DNA from: an uncultured cyanobacterium
Lineage (GTDB): Bacteria; Cyanobacteriota; Cyanobacteriia; Cyanobacteriales; CAWCAG01
Assembly (NCBI GenBank): GCA_963793425.1
Contig: CAWCAG010000005.1
Span: forward strand, 128,001 to 192,000
Length of the DNA stretch: 64,000 bases
Direction of reading: 5' to 3'
Below, piece after piece: positions 39,412-49,941 of the stretch (position 1 is the first letter of the stretch; each line of letters begins with the position of its first letter). The position numbers and the translations under genes were made by a program. The notes beneath the pieces are model-generated. The model did not search any database. It saw nothing but the letters and a program-made list of their open reading frames with translations, and was not told the origin of the DNA.

Positions 39412-40731
39412 TTATAAAGTAAATTCAGCGAAGTCTCCTGATGAATTCGTGTTCTTAGCATTACTTTGAGCTTGTTGAAACTCAGAACTGTGAATTAATT
39501 CTTGAAAAGAAAGTTGGGGATTTTGTTGCAAGATATTCAGGACACTAATAAAATCTCTGACAACTTCCCTTGGTGTAGAAAGTTTTTCCGCCCCTAAACG
39601 CTGTGTTACTGCTTGTTTGAATTCTTGTATCTGAGTTTTGGTAATGCTCTTTTTATATTTATAATGAATGCTATGAACAGAAGCTAGCCTTTGTAAAAGT
39701 TGGTCTAACTCTTCAGAATTTAGAGCTTCTAAATTAATAACCGGAGCAGAATTGTCTTGCAATCCTTCTTTAACAAAACGACTTTTCGCTAAGCGAGTAC
39801 GCCAAGCTTCATCACTATAAAGTCCCCGACGGGTATCTTCAATAAAAGTTGGAGTTCCCCCAATAACTATACTTAAGTGTTCTGCTTTTCCTTGCATCAC
39901 ATCATTAAATATTGCTAGTAATTTATCGTAATTACTTTGACGAGAACGGGTATGGGCAATTTTGTATAAATGAACTGTTTCATCTAGTAAAACAATTAAC
40001 CCTTTGTAACCAATATCAAAACAAAATTGGGCAAATAATTTAATATAATCGTACCAAGTATCATCATCAATAATTACCTTAACTCCTAAAGCTTGTTTAG
40101 CTTCGGTTTTAGTCGCAAATTCTCCCCTTAACCAACGCAAAGCCGCATCTTGTTTATCGCTATCATCTTCGCGATAACCCCGCCAATAAGCAATAATCAC
40201 ATTAGCAAAATCAAAGCCATGAACCAAACCTTCTAAATTATCAACAACTTCCCGAATTTTCAACTCAACTCGCTCATCAAAATCATCTTCCCCAGGATGT
40301 TTACCCGTTGCTTGAGCTACTTGAGATAAAATTGAACTAAGCCACTTTTCTAAAATCAAGGCGATCGCACCACCATTAGGATTAGTGCGGGTAGCCAAAT
40401 TTTTCATCAATTCCCGATAAGTAGCCAAAGCCTGGTTTTTGCTTCCTGCCAAACGTCTTTCTGCGGAAATATCTGCATCAGCAACCACAAAACCTTTTTC
40501 CATAGCTTGGTTACGCAAAAGCTGTAGCAAAAAGCTTTTCCCTGCCCCATAACGCCCTACCACAAAGCGAAAAGCTGCCCCTCCTTCCCCGACATTTTCC
40601 AAATCTTGAGCTAAAGCAGCTACTTCTTTATCCCTACCCACCGCAATATGTTCTAAGCCAATTCGCGGTACAACTCCTGCTGCTAAGGCATTAAGGAGGG
40701 CTGTTGATACCCGTTTGGAAACTTTCTGCAT
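39412..40731 (-). CDS. P-loop ATPase, DUF2791/BrxD-like
   Basis: ALAAGVVPRIGLEHIAVGR, GRYGAGKS, LRWLRGE, GYKGLIVLLDE, TPREVVRDF. Confidence 0.85.
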   Translation of the reverse strand: MQKVSKRVSTALLNALAAGVVPRIGLEHIAVGRDKEVAALAQDLENVGEGGAAFRFVVGRYGAGKSFLLQLLRNQAMEKGFVVADADISAERRLAGSKNQALATYRELMKNLATRTNPNGGAIALILEKWLSSILSQVAQATGKHPGEDDFDERVELKIREVVDNLEGLVHGFDFANVIIAYWRGYREDDSDKQDAALRWLRGEFATKTEAKQALGVKVIIDDDTWYDYIKLFAQFCFDIGYKGLIVLLDETVHLYKIAHTRSRQSNYDKLLAIFNDVMQGKAEHLSIVIGGTPTFIEDTRRGLYSDEAWRTRLAKSRFVKEGLQDNSAPVINLEALNSEELDQLLQRLASVHSIHYKYKKSITKTQIQEFKQAVTQRLGAEKLSTPREVVRDFISVLNILQQNPQLSFQELIHSSEFQQAQSNAKNTNSSGDFAEFTL

Positions 40732-40796
40732 TGTTATTGTTATCTATACTTAAGAATTATTAGACTAAACCAAAGTTTGTTTACTTGGTGCATTTT

Positions 40797-41828
40797 ATGA
40801 GTTCTTCAAATTCTACACCTGCCTCCCCCCAAATGCCTCCTCAAGCTAAAATGATGCAAATGGTAACAGGATGTTGGCTTTCTCAATGTATCTATGTTGC
40901 CGCAAAACTAAATTTAGCGGATCTCCTTAAAGATGGTTCTCGCTCTTGCGACAATTTAGCAGAGGCTACAGGAACTAACAGTAATTCCCTTTATCGTTTA
41001 CTCCGAGCTTTAGCTAGTGTAGATATTTTTGCTCAAACAGAACCGGGACATTTTCAACTTACCCCTTTAGCTGCTACTTTACAAAGCGATAGTTCTAACT
41101 CCCTCAAAAGTTTTGCTCTTCTGATTGGAGGAGAAGGTTATCAAATGTGGGGTGAACTTCCCTACAGTGTTGAGACAGGAAAAGAAGCCTATACAAAGCA
41201 ACGCGGTATGCCTTTGTTTACTTACTACCAAGAAAATCCGCAAGCAGCAGCAATATTCAATCAAGCCATGACAAATTTGTCGGCTTTAGAGCAAGCGGCG
41301 GTTGTAGAAGCTTATGATTTCACAGGCATTAACAAATTGGTTGACGTAGCTGGAGGTTGTGGTAGTCAGCTTGCTACTATTCTGCAAGCATATCCTCAAA
41401 TGCAGGGAATATTGCTGGATCTCCCGAAAGTTATCGCCCCAGCCGAAGCTTTCTTGACAGAAAAAGCAGTAAGCGATCGCACTCAATTAGTTCCCGGAAA
41501 TTTCTTTGAGGAAATCCCATCAGGAGGAGATGCTTACCTTCTCAAACACATTATTCACGATTGGGAAGATCCTCAAGCACTTACCATCCTCCAACGTTGT
41601 TACCAAGCAATGCCCGAAGGAGGGCGTTTGTTAATTATTGAGGAAATAATTCCTCCTGATAATCAACCTTCCACTACTAAGTTCTGGGACTTAACTATGT
41701 TGATCATGTGTGGTGGCAAAGAACGAACGGCTCAAGAGTACCAACAGTTGCTCAAAGCCGCTAATTTTGCATTAAATCGCATTGTACCGACAAAATCAAA
41801 TGTTAGTGTGATTGAGGCGGTTAAGTAG
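40797..41828 (+). CDS. SAM-dependent O-methyltransferase (family 2, dimerisation domain)
   Basis: LYRLLRALAS, LVDVAGGCG, GNFF, LKHIIHDW, GGKERT. Confidence 0.92.
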   Translation: MSSSNSTPASPQMPPQAKMMQMVTGCWLSQCIYVAAKLNLADLLKDGSRSCDNLAEATGTNSNSLYRLLRALASVDIFAQTEPGHFQLTPLAATLQSDSSNSLKSFALLIGGEGYQMWGELPYSVETGKEAYTKQRGMPLFTYYQENPQAAAIFNQAMTNLSALEQAAVVEAYDFTGINKLVDVAGGCGSQLATILQAYPQMQGILLDLPKVIAPAEAFLTEKAVSDRTQLVPGNFFEEIPSGGDAYLLKHIIHDWEDPQALTILQRCYQAMPEGGRLLIIEEIIPPDNQPSTTKFWDLTMLIMCGGKERTAQEYQQLLKAANFALNRIVPTKSNVSVIEAVK

Positions 41829-41928
41829 CTGGGGAGCTGGGGAAATGGGGAGCTAGGGAGCTAGGCAGCTGGGGAGATAGAATAATTAGCAACTAGCGAT
41901 TAGCAACTAGCAAATTAGCAAATTAGCA

Positions 41929-42378
41929 ATGAACAACACAAAACTACCAATAATTGGTTGGCGAGAATATCTTGCTTTACCAGAATTAGGCATTGAGCAA
42001 ATTAAAGCTAAAATTGATACCGGGGCACGTTCCTCCGCTCTCCATGCTTTTGATATTGAAACTTTTGAACGTGATGGTAAACAAAGAGTTCGTTTCAAAG
42101 TACATCCCAATCAAAAAGATACTCAATCTGTAGTCAGTGCAGAAGCCGAAATATTGGATCAACGAGAAGTACGCAACTCCGGAGGCAAAGCGGAATTACG
42201 CATCTTTATTCAAACAACTGTAGAATTAGGGGGGCGTAGCTGGGCTGTGGAGTTGACCTTAACTAACCGCGATGCCATGGGTTTCCGTATGTTACTAGGT
42301 CGTCAAGGGGTGCGGGAAAAATTTTTGGTTGATACCAATAATTCCTTTATCCAAAGTGGCCAAGAAATGAAAAAATAG
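41929..42378 (+). CDS. RimK-associated retropepsin-like protease (RimB / 'ATP-dependent zinc protease' family)
   Basis: IGWRE, AKIDTGARSSALHA, TLTNRDAMGFRMLLGR. Confidence 0.9.
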   Translation: MNNTKLPIIGWREYLALPELGIEQIKAKIDTGARSSALHAFDIETFERDGKQRVRFKVHPNQKDTQSVVSAEAEILDQREVRNSGGKAELRIFIQTTVELGGRSWAVELTLTNRDAMGFRMLLGRQGVREKFLVDTNNSFIQSGQEMKK

Positions 42379-42402
42379 AAGCACTGGATAGGTAAGTAAC
42401 CC

Positions 42403-43308
42403 GTGAAAATAGCAATTTTATCTCAGGATGGCTCTCTTTATTCCACAAGGCGTTTAAAGGAAGCTGGAGAAACACAAGGACATGAAATAAAGGTGGTTAA
42501 TTACTTGCGTTGTTATATGAATATAACTTCCCACCGACCAACAGTTATGTATCAAGGACAGCCTTTAGAAAACTTTGATGCAATTATTCCTCGCATTGGT
42601 GCATCTAAAACCTTTTATGGTACTGCGGTAGTGAGGCAGTTTGAAGTCATGGGAGTTTTTAGTACCAATGAATCCCAAGCTATTTCTCGTTCCCGTGATA
42701 AGTTGCGTTGTTTGCAGATTTTAGCCAAGGATGGTATTGGCTTGCCAGTGACGGGTTTTGCCCATGCTACCCAAGATATTGATGGCTTAATTGAAACTGT
42801 AGGGGGCGCACCTTTAGTCATTAAATTATTAGAAGGAACCCAAGGTATCGGGGTAGTCTTAGCAGAAACCACCCAAGCCGCTAAATCTGTAATAGAAGCT
42901 TTTCGGGGTTTGGATGCCAACATTTTGGTACAAGAATACATTAAAGAAGCCGGAGGAGCAGATTTACGCTGCTTTGTAGTTGGCAACAAAGTTATTGCCT
43001 CCATGAAGCGTCAAGGGGCAAAGGGAGAATTTCGTTCTAACCTGCATCGCGGTGGAAATGCAGAAAAGATTAAACTCACTCCAGAAGAACGTAGTACAGC
43101 GATTAGGGCAGCTAAAGCCATGGGTTTAAGGGTAGCAGGAGTAGACTTATTGCGTTCTAATCATGGCCCTGTCGTCATGGAAGTTAACTCGTCTCCGGGA
43201 TTAGAAGGCATTGAAAAAGCTACTGAGGTTAATGTTGCCGGGAAAATTATTGAATATGTTAGCAAGAGTGCTATTCCCGGAGCAACTCGCGATCGCATTA
43301 AATATTAA
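42403..43308 (+). CDS. rimK: Ribosomal protein S6-L-glutamate ligase / alpha-L-glutamate ligase
   Basis: [53 protein letters not shown]. Confidence 0.96.
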   Translation: MKIAILSQDGSLYSTRRLKEAGETQGHEIKVVNYLRCYMNITSHRPTVMYQGQPLENFDAIIPRIGASKTFYGTAVVRQFEVMGVFSTNESQAISRSRDKLRCLQILAKDGIGLPVTGFAHATQDIDGLIETVGGAPLVIKLLEGTQGIGVVLAETTQAAKSVIEAFRGLDANILVQEYIKEAGGADLRCFVVGNKVIASMKRQGAKGEFRSNLHRGGNAEKIKLTPEERSTAIRAAKAMGLRVAGVDLLRSNHGPVVMEVNSSPGLEGIEKATEVNVAGKIIEYVSKSAIPGATRDRIKY

Positions 43309-43464
43309 AAACAAAAACACCTAATGTAGGATTACTCTGATTAAGTATAGAATTACCTCAACCCCTATCCCCTGAACCCTCCTACTGCCTACTTTCTGCT
43401 CCTTGCTCCCTACTCCCTGCTCCCTACCCCCACCAATAATTTATGCAACCAAACAAAATCTGGA

Positions 43465-44421
43465 ATGAGTGACAACACAATTGAAATTGCTGGAGTGGCG
43501 ATCGCCCCAGGAAAATGCCATCGCTTAGAAATTCCTGTAGCTAATTTGCCTACCCAAACCATGCTTTCTCTCCCTGTTAATGTAATTAATGGCGAACAAT
43601 CTGGTCCAAAACTTTGGTTAAGTGCCGCCATTCATGGCGATGAAATCAATGGTGTAGAAATTATCCGCCAAATAGTAGCCAACGTTGAACCGAAAAAATT
43701 ACGAGGAACTATTATCGCTGTCCCCATCGTTAATGTGTTTGGTTTCATTGAACAATCGCGCTACCTTCCTGATCGCCGGGACTTAAATCGTTCCTTCCCC
43801 GGTTCCACTACAGGCTCTTTAGCAGCCCGTTTAGCCAACTTATTTATGGAGAAAATTGTTAGCTGTTCCACCCACGGCATAGATTTACATACAGCCTCTT
43901 CCGCCCGTACTAATTTACCCCAAATCCGCGCTAACTTAGAAGATGAAGAAACCTATCAAGTTGCCAAAGCTTTCGGCGCACCCATCATTATGCACGCCTC
44001 AACCCGTGATGGCTCTCTGCGTCAAGCAGCCACAAAACGCGGTATACCCGTTTTACTTTATGAAGCCGGGGAAGCTTTAAGGTTTGATCCTGAAGCAATT
44101 CGCGTTGGTGTAGAAGGAATAATGGGAGTGATGAATTTCCTACAAATGTATTCCTATCCCCCACCAAAGAATCCCAGAAACTCTTTAGAAGCAGAGAATA
44201 GTAGGTGGATACGGGCTTCAAGAAGTGGCATTTTCCATTTAGAAGTGGAGTTAGGGGAAAAAGTAGAGAAGAAACAAAAATTAGGTTCTATTTTCGATGC
44301 TTTTGGTGAAAATCAGACTAAAGTAAATGCTAGTTGTGACGGCATAGTTATTGGTCATACTCAAAATCCTTTGGTTAATCAAGGAGATGGTATTGTGCAT
44401 CTGGCAATCTTAGAAAGATAG
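43465..44421 (+). CDS. Succinylglutamate desuccinylase/aspartoacylase family (M14) protein
   Basis: AIHGDEING, DLNRSFPG, IDLHT, YEAGE; C-terminal biotinyl-like domain. Confidence 0.92.
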   Translation: MSDNTIEIAGVAIAPGKCHRLEIPVANLPTQTMLSLPVNVINGEQSGPKLWLSAAIHGDEINGVEIIRQIVANVEPKKLRGTIIAVPIVNVFGFIEQSRYLPDRRDLNRSFPGSTTGSLAARLANLFMEKIVSCSTHGIDLHTASSARTNLPQIRANLEDEETYQVAKAFGAPIIMHASTRDGSLRQAATKRGIPVLLYEAGEALRFDPEAIRVGVEGIMGVMNFLQMYSYPPPKNPRNSLEAENSRWIRASRSGIFHLEVELGEKVEKKQKLGSIFDAFGENQTKVNASCDGIVIGHTQNPLVNQGDGIVHLAILER

Positions 44422-44431
44422 ATTTTGCATA

Positions 44432-44472
44432 AAAACCTGGCTATAGACACGAATAAATAAATAGCAGGTTTT
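44432..44472 (+). terminator. Probable terminator after the rimK cluster
   Basis: AAAACCTG(G)CTAT...ATAGCAGGTTTT imperfect stem. Confidence 0.45.
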
Positions 44473-44835
44473 CACCTGAGTAAACTTTTTCTAACTGCAA
44501 ATACAATCGGCGAATCGTGAGTAGTTAGAACTTATACAAATAATCTCTCAAAGTAAACATGATCTCAAACGCGATCGCAAATCTAACTAGCAGAAAATAG
44601 TCTTAACACCAACAAAGCTTAGAATCATGAACCAAATAGGCATCTGTGCTACAACCAAACAAAAACTTCAAGAAAAAGGGGCAATTTTCGAGGAAGTTGG
44701 TATTTTTTAAGCAAAATTTATTTGACAAAGCTGGTTCAAAATTAAAACTCCCTAAATTAAATAATTAAAAACACGAAAGTTCAATAAAATGTAACGATAA
44801 TTCTTATATCAACCTAATTTAATTAGGAGTTAATT

Positions 44836-46116
44836 TTGAGTCCAAGCAATCTCCTGGAAAATCCCCTCCAGGTTCCATCAGGGGAAAACAATCAGCCATC
44901 TTTTACTTTTAACCCAGAACAGTTCGATGCTAACGTTATGGGAACCTATGGGCGTTTCCCCATCGCCCTAGAAAAAGGTAAAGGTTGTCGCGTTTGGGAT
45001 ACTGAAGGTAAAGCCTATTTAGATTTTGTCGCTGGTATCGCTACTTGTACTTTAGGCCACTCCCATCCTGCCTTAATTGAAGCTGTTACTCAACAAATCC
45101 AGAAGTTACATCACGTTTCCAATCTCTACTATATTCCTGAACAAGGACAATTAGCCCAGTGGATTGTGGAACATTCTTGTGCTGATAAAGTCTTTTTCTG
45201 TAATTCTGGGGCAGAAGCTAACGAAGCCGCTATTAAATTAGCCCGCAAATATGCCCACCAAGTTTTAGAAATTGACCAGCCAGTAATTTTGACAGCCAAA
45301 GCTAGTTTTCATGGTCGCACCTTAGCTACAATTACGGCGACAGGACAGCCCAAATATCAAAAGAATTTTCATCCCCTTGTGGATGGTTTTGAATATGTCC
45401 CTTACAACGATATTACCGCTTTAGAAAATGCGATCTCAGATATCGATGAAGGTAATCGTCGCGTAGCGGCAATTATGTTAGAACCTTTGCAAGGGGAAGG
45501 CGGAGTACGTCCAGGAGAGTTGGAGTACTTCTTGCGTATCAGCCAAATTTGTCAAGAAACAGGCATCCTCCTCATCTTAGATGAAGTACAGGTGGGTATG
45601 GGTCGTACTGGCAAGATATGGGGATATGAAAACGTCGGTATTGAACCAGATGTTTTCACTAGTGCTAAAGGTTTAGCTGGAGGCATTCCGATCGGGGCGA
45701 TGATGTGCAAAGAATCCTGTGCTGTCTTCCAACCGGGAGATCATGCTAGTACTTTCGGAGGCAATCCCTTTGCTTGTGCTGCGGCGATTGCTGTAGGTGA
45801 AACTTTAGAACGAGAGAATATTTTACAAAATGTCCAAGCTAGGGGAGAGCAGCTAAGGACAAAGTTAAGGGCGATCGCTTTGCAGTATCCTAACTTGTTT
45901 GCTGAAGTTAGGGGCTGGGGCTTAATTAATGGCCTAGTGTTGCAAGAAGAAGCGGAATTAACTTCTCTTGATATTGTCAAAGCTGCTTTAGAAGCAGGAC
46001 TTTTGATTGCTCCTGCGGGACCTAAAGTTTTGCGCTTTGTACCACCTTTGATTGTCTCTGCCCAAGAGGTAGATGAAGCAACAAATATCTTGGAAGGAGT
46101 ATTGGCAAAAATCTAG
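44836..46116 (+). CDS. argD: Acetylornithine aminotransferase
   Basis: FFCNSGAEANEAAIK, SFHGRT, EPLQGEGG, DEVQVGMGRTG, AKGLAGG; AGGAG RBS. Confidence 0.94.
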   Translation: MSPSNLLENPLQVPSGENNQPSFTFNPEQFDANVMGTYGRFPIALEKGKGCRVWDTEGKAYLDFVAGIATCTLGHSHPALIEAVTQQIQKLHHVSNLYYIPEQGQLAQWIVEHSCADKVFFCNSGAEANEAAIKLARKYAHQVLEIDQPVILTAKASFHGRTLATITATGQPKYQKNFHPLVDGFEYVPYNDITALENAISDIDEGNRRVAAIMLEPLQGEGGVRPGELEYFLRISQICQETGILLILDEVQVGMGRTGKIWGYENVGIEPDVFTSAKGLAGGIPIGAMMCKESCAVFQPGDHASTFGGNPFACAAAIAVGETLERENILQNVQARGEQLRTKLRAIALQYPNLFAEVRGWGLINGLVLQEEAELTSLDIVKAALEAGLLIAPAGPKVLRFVPPLIVSAQEVDEATNILEGVLAKI

Positions 46117-46152
46117 GAATTGAGTTTTTGTAGGGACGTTGATTTTGCGTCC

Positions 46153-46428
46153 CTATTCCCGTAACCAGTCGCCGCAATGTTTAGCGTAGTAGCTTAAAAT
46201 GGCTTCAACCTGTTCTTGATTGCTAGCCAGAAAATCTTCTGTGTAACTAAGTAACAAACCTTCAACTTGGCTTTGATTGTAATCAAACTCAGAAGAAGTT
46301 TGGGGGATTAAATTAGTTTGTATTCCTTCAACTTGTTGCAAGTGAGCAGCAATTTCCCGATATTTAGTTAAAGATAATCCAGGACAACTAATTTTTTCTA
46401 GTTTCTTGGTTGGGGGTGATTGAGACAC
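46153..46428 (-). CDS. Conserved cyanobacterial hypothetical protein
   Basis: CPGLSLTKYREIAAHLQQVEG...FDYNQSQVEGL; GGAGG RBS before GTG. Confidence 0.75.
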   Translation of the reverse strand: MSQSPPTKKLEKISCPGLSLTKYREIAAHLQQVEGIQTNLIPQTSSEFDYNQSQVEGLLLSYTEDFLASNQEQVEAILSYYAKHCGDWLRE

Positions 46429-46451
46429 AAAATTAATCCTCCAACCCCAGT

Positions 46452-47354
46452 TTAACTAGCAGGATTAGCAGGATCGCCTTGTGCAGTAATTGGCTTCTCT
46501 CCAACTCTCCTGCTCACCTCAACTCCTAACTGTTGTAAAATAACCACAGGTTGCGGCCCACTTGTCATTTCAATACGCTTAACTAGCACTTGCCCGTTAG
46601 CTAAATAATCTCCAACTTTGACATAGCGCTGAAATTCGCTATCTGGTTCTTGAACAATTGCTTGGGGAACTCCTCCTGCTTGAACAACTCCAGTAATTTC
46701 AACCGCCCTTGCTAAGGTGGGTTGAGGCGGTGGAGGTAATTCGGGAATTGGTAAAGGAGGTTTGTTGAGGGAAGGCTCTCTGATAGTTGCTTTGGGTGTG
46801 GGGGGAGTAGCATTACCGTTACGGTTATTTGTACCGCCGTTACCAGTGTTGTTAGGGCTAGTAGGTTTACTGGGAAGAATATTGGTATTAGGAGGACTTG
46901 TTCTAGGAGTAGTCCTGTTTGTCTTGGTTCCTGAACCTGTACTACCTGTTTTGCCTGTATTGCCTGTATTACCTCCACCTCTTGTAGGAGGAATGGAACC
47001 GACAGAAGGTACAGAAGAAACCGTTTTACCAGGAATAGGAGAAACTTTAACCACCGGTTCTATGGAGATAGTATCAAAAGGATCGGTGCGCCCTTTTTGA
47101 ATCTGCCTGACTCTCTCAGGGGCAGAAGTGGATTGGATTAGCCCTGTGGGTACTGCCTTGGCTTTTTTGGGGTCAACTTTACCATCTACTGATTTCACAG
47201 CTTTTTCTGGCTTGACTTCTGGGTTAGAAGCTTGTTCCGGGGAAGCTGGGGCTACAACTTCTTCATCCCCTCCTCCTAGGAAAGGAATATTACTACATCC
47301 CCCTGTTAAGATAGTGAATGTTCCGAGCAATACGACTAAAGAAGCTTTTTTCAT
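46452..47354 (-). CDS. Pro/Thr-rich lipoprotein with PilP-like C-terminal domain
   Basis: Lipobox LTGGC; GRTDPF; C-terminal VEITGVVQAGG..QAIVQEP....RYVKVGDYLANGQVLVKRI. Confidence 0.65.
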   Translation of the reverse strand: MKKASLVVLLGTFTILTGGCSNIPFLGGGDEEVVAPASPEQASNPEVKPEKAVKSVDGKVDPKKAKAVPTGLIQSTSAPERVRQIQKGRTDPFDTISIEPVVKVSPIPGKTVSSVPSVGSIPPTRGGGNTGNTGKTGSTGSGTKTNRTTPRTSPPNTNILPSKPTSPNNTGNGGTNNRNGNATPPTPKATIREPSLNKPPLPIPELPPPPQPTLARAVEITGVVQAGGVPQAIVQEPDSEFQRYVKVGDYLANGQVLVKRIEMTSGPQPVVILQQLGVEVSRRVGEKPITAQGDPANPAS

Positions 47355-47483
47355 AACTATTTCCCTGAGCCTAAGCAGAAGATACCAGAATAGATGGCGA
47401 ATAAAAAGATTAGTAATTTGAACTATATTTTGTCTATTTATATATTAACTTTCTTAAGTCCTTCTTTATAGAAATTTATTTTT

Positions 47484-48260
47484 TTAATCTTCCCCCTTAA
47501 GCATGAGTTTTTTCAACAAATTGAGGCCTTTTTTGACGCGGCGAGATACGGTTACCACACTAATTCCCAAAATTTCCGCTACTTCTTTCTGGGTTAAGTC
47601 ATGGAGAAAGACAAATTCTAAGACATCTCTAGTCCGCTTTTCTATTTGAACTAAACCTTGTTGGAGGCGAATGCGATCTTCTTGAGCCAATTGGAAACTA
47701 CGATATTTTTGATCTGGAACGAGATCCCCTAAGCTAATACAACCTTCTTCTTCATTACCCACAGGTAAATCTAAGCTCAAAGGTTCACGATTTTGATAAG
47801 CAAGTTTAATGTCTTGCCACTCTACTAAGGAAATATCTAACTCAGCAGCAATTTCTGCATCTTGGGGTTGGCGATTCAGTTTTTCTCGCAACCTACGAGT
47901 TACCCCTACCGCTTGTTGACGCAATTCTAGCCAACGCCGGGGAATGCGAACAGAACAACCTTTGTCTCTTAAGTAATGTTGAATTTCTCCCCTAATGTGG
48001 GGAATGGCAAAGGAGCTAAAAGCATTGCCTTTATCTACATTAAATCTCTCAATGGCTCTAATCAGACCCAAACTGCCAACTTGAAGTAAATCATCATAGC
48101 TTTCACTACACTGATTAACCCAGTGATGAGCTTCTTTCCTGACTAAACCAAAATTGAGTCGTACTATTTGATTACGCAGTTCAGCATTCTGAGAGAATTT
48201 GTATGCCCGCAGCATTTCTAAACTTTCTTGCTTGAGTTCTGGGGATACTTGAGTAGACAT
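47484..48260 (-). CDS. sigF: RNA polymerase sigma factor SigF
   Basis: LNFGLVRKEAHHW, DDLLQVGSLGLIRAIERF, RGEIQHYLRDK, SFQLAQEDRIRL, DLTQKE. Confidence 0.96.
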   Translation of the reverse strand: MSTQVSPELKQESLEMLRAYKFSQNAELRNQIVRLNFGLVRKEAHHWVNQCSESYDDLLQVGSLGLIRAIERFNVDKGNAFSSFAIPHIRGEIQHYLRDKGCSVRIPRRWLELRQQAVGVTRRLREKLNRQPQDAEIAAELDISLVEWQDIKLAYQNREPLSLDLPVGNEEEGCISLGDLVPDQKYRSFQLAQEDRIRLQQGLVQIEKRTRDVLEFVFLHDLTQKEVAEILGISVVTVSRRVKKGLNLLKKLMLKGED

Positions 48261-48866
48261 GGCGAGTTCAATCTTAATGTTTGTAGAAGCACATCCTATT
48301 CAGATGCTTAGATACTAACTTTCTACCCTACCAGTAAGTCAATACGTCTTTCAGTTGATAGTGCTAGGATCGCTTGTTTCTTGATTAAAAAGGTATTTTT
48401 AGATTCAAAAGCACTTGCTTGGGATATCGTTAGGCATTTTTCGGAGCTAACAAATTCCCAGAATGCTTAGCTAAATGTTTGAGCTATATTAATCTTAAGC
48501 GCTTTTCCTCGCTTAAGAAATAATTAATGGGGGCAATGAAGAATTCAAGGCGATTGGGGTTGCTGTTAGCATCTCTTTAACTAGCTTATGCTCTTTTCTG
48601 GCTAAATGCCAATAGCATTTTTATCTCCCCTCTGAAAATTTTCTTGTCTCCAAAAAGAAAAGCCCGCCCCAAATTTCTCTTTAAACAGTTTGAGAAATTA
48701 GGACGGGATCAAGATTATCTTCTCAATAAAATTTAGGCAATGGGCAATTTGTTATGAATGAATGAGTAACTTAGCTTTTATTTAGCAAGATGTTATTTCT
48801 CAAAAACCCCGACAAATGAGGGGGCAAAAAAAGTTGCCCACAGCCAATGAGTCTAAGCAAAGAGAA

Positions 48867-49697
48867 TTAAACGTCACTATCTATGCGACCATAGAAAATA
48901 CCGCGAACCTTCACTTGTTCTGGCTCTTCAGCCCCTAAGTCAGTAGCAGAAGTTTGCTGACTGACAAAAGTTCCAGCAACTTCTCCTGTTTCACCGTCAA
49001 GATTAGAAATTTGTAAAGACATTGTACCTTTACCACTGTCAAGCTGTTTGACGTTAGCACGGGTTAGTTCTTCATTATCGGCTTGAGAAGGAAGAGCAAC
49101 AGCATTATCATAACCACTGGCTACACCACGACCTTTAGGATCTAGGAAAACAGCACCTCGGTAAGAAGGAACATCAAATGTTCCCCTCAAGTCTGTGGAG
49201 GTGTTAATTCTGTCTATGCCAGCATCAGTTTTAGCAATTAAGTTTTTGATCGTAAACAAGAAAGGAACTTGTTCGCCCCCAGGAAGCAATACGGTAATTG
49301 CCTGGAAGTCGATACCATCGTTTTCTGTAAAAGTTAATACTCCATTTTCATCAAAAGTCAGATCCCCACTAACTTGATCCAGGGTAGTTGTATCTCTGGT
49401 GAGAACTTTCCCCGCTACAAATTCTGGTTCTTGACGCTTATTAGTAGGTTCTTCCAAAACATAATAATCGGTAGGTTGTAAACATAACTCAACAAAACGA
49501 TAGGCTTTGCTTTTGTCTACAGAAATATAGCCACGACTGGTTGTTGACAACTGAGGGCAGGTGTTAGCAATACCAGTGTTAACTATTTGCTCGTAAGTTA
49601 ACGAGCTTCTATCAAGGTCTTCGGGGCTTCCACTACAAGCTGTTAAAAAACCTAAGCACAAAGCCACAAAAACCGCAATAAATGTGCGATACCTCAT
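48867..49697 (-). CDS. psbO: Photosystem II manganese-stabilising protein
   Basis: MRYRTFI lipoprotein-type signal; TGIANTCP, DGIDFQ, PGGEQVPFLFT, FLDPKGRG..SGYDNAVALP. Confidence 0.98.
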   Translation of the reverse strand: MRYRTFIAVFVALCLGFLTACSGSPEDLDRSSLTYEQIVNTGIANTCPQLSTTSRGYISVDKSKAYRFVELCLQPTDYYVLEEPTNKRQEPEFVAGKVLTRDTTTLDQVSGDLTFDENGVLTFTENDGIDFQAITVLLPGGEQVPFLFTIKNLIAKTDAGIDRINTSTDLRGTFDVPSYRGAVFLDPKGRGVASGYDNAVALPSQADNEELTRANVKQLDSGKGTMSLQISNLDGETGEVAGTFVSQQTSATDLGAEEPEQVKVRGIFYGRIDSDV

Positions 49698-49941
49698 AGT
49701 TAACCTCAATTCATTAGTCTCTTGATGGGATCTACTCCTAGCCAAACTGAATTAAGCAGCTTGAACTAAAAACAAATCAATCATTAATGTAAATTTATGG
49801 AGTCATAGCTAACTCCTTAAATATGCTATTGGGGTTTACTATACCAAGTAGAGGCGACGCTTCTAGCAAACCTTGCTTTAGTTACCAAGGTTATTGATAA
49901 AATTTGTTCACTTCAAAACAATCTTCTGCGAGCCTAATTGA

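Noticed and set aside
39412..40731. Complete BREX defence system
   Set aside because: Only the BrxD-like ATPase is present; there is no pglX, pglZ, brxC or helicase in the window.
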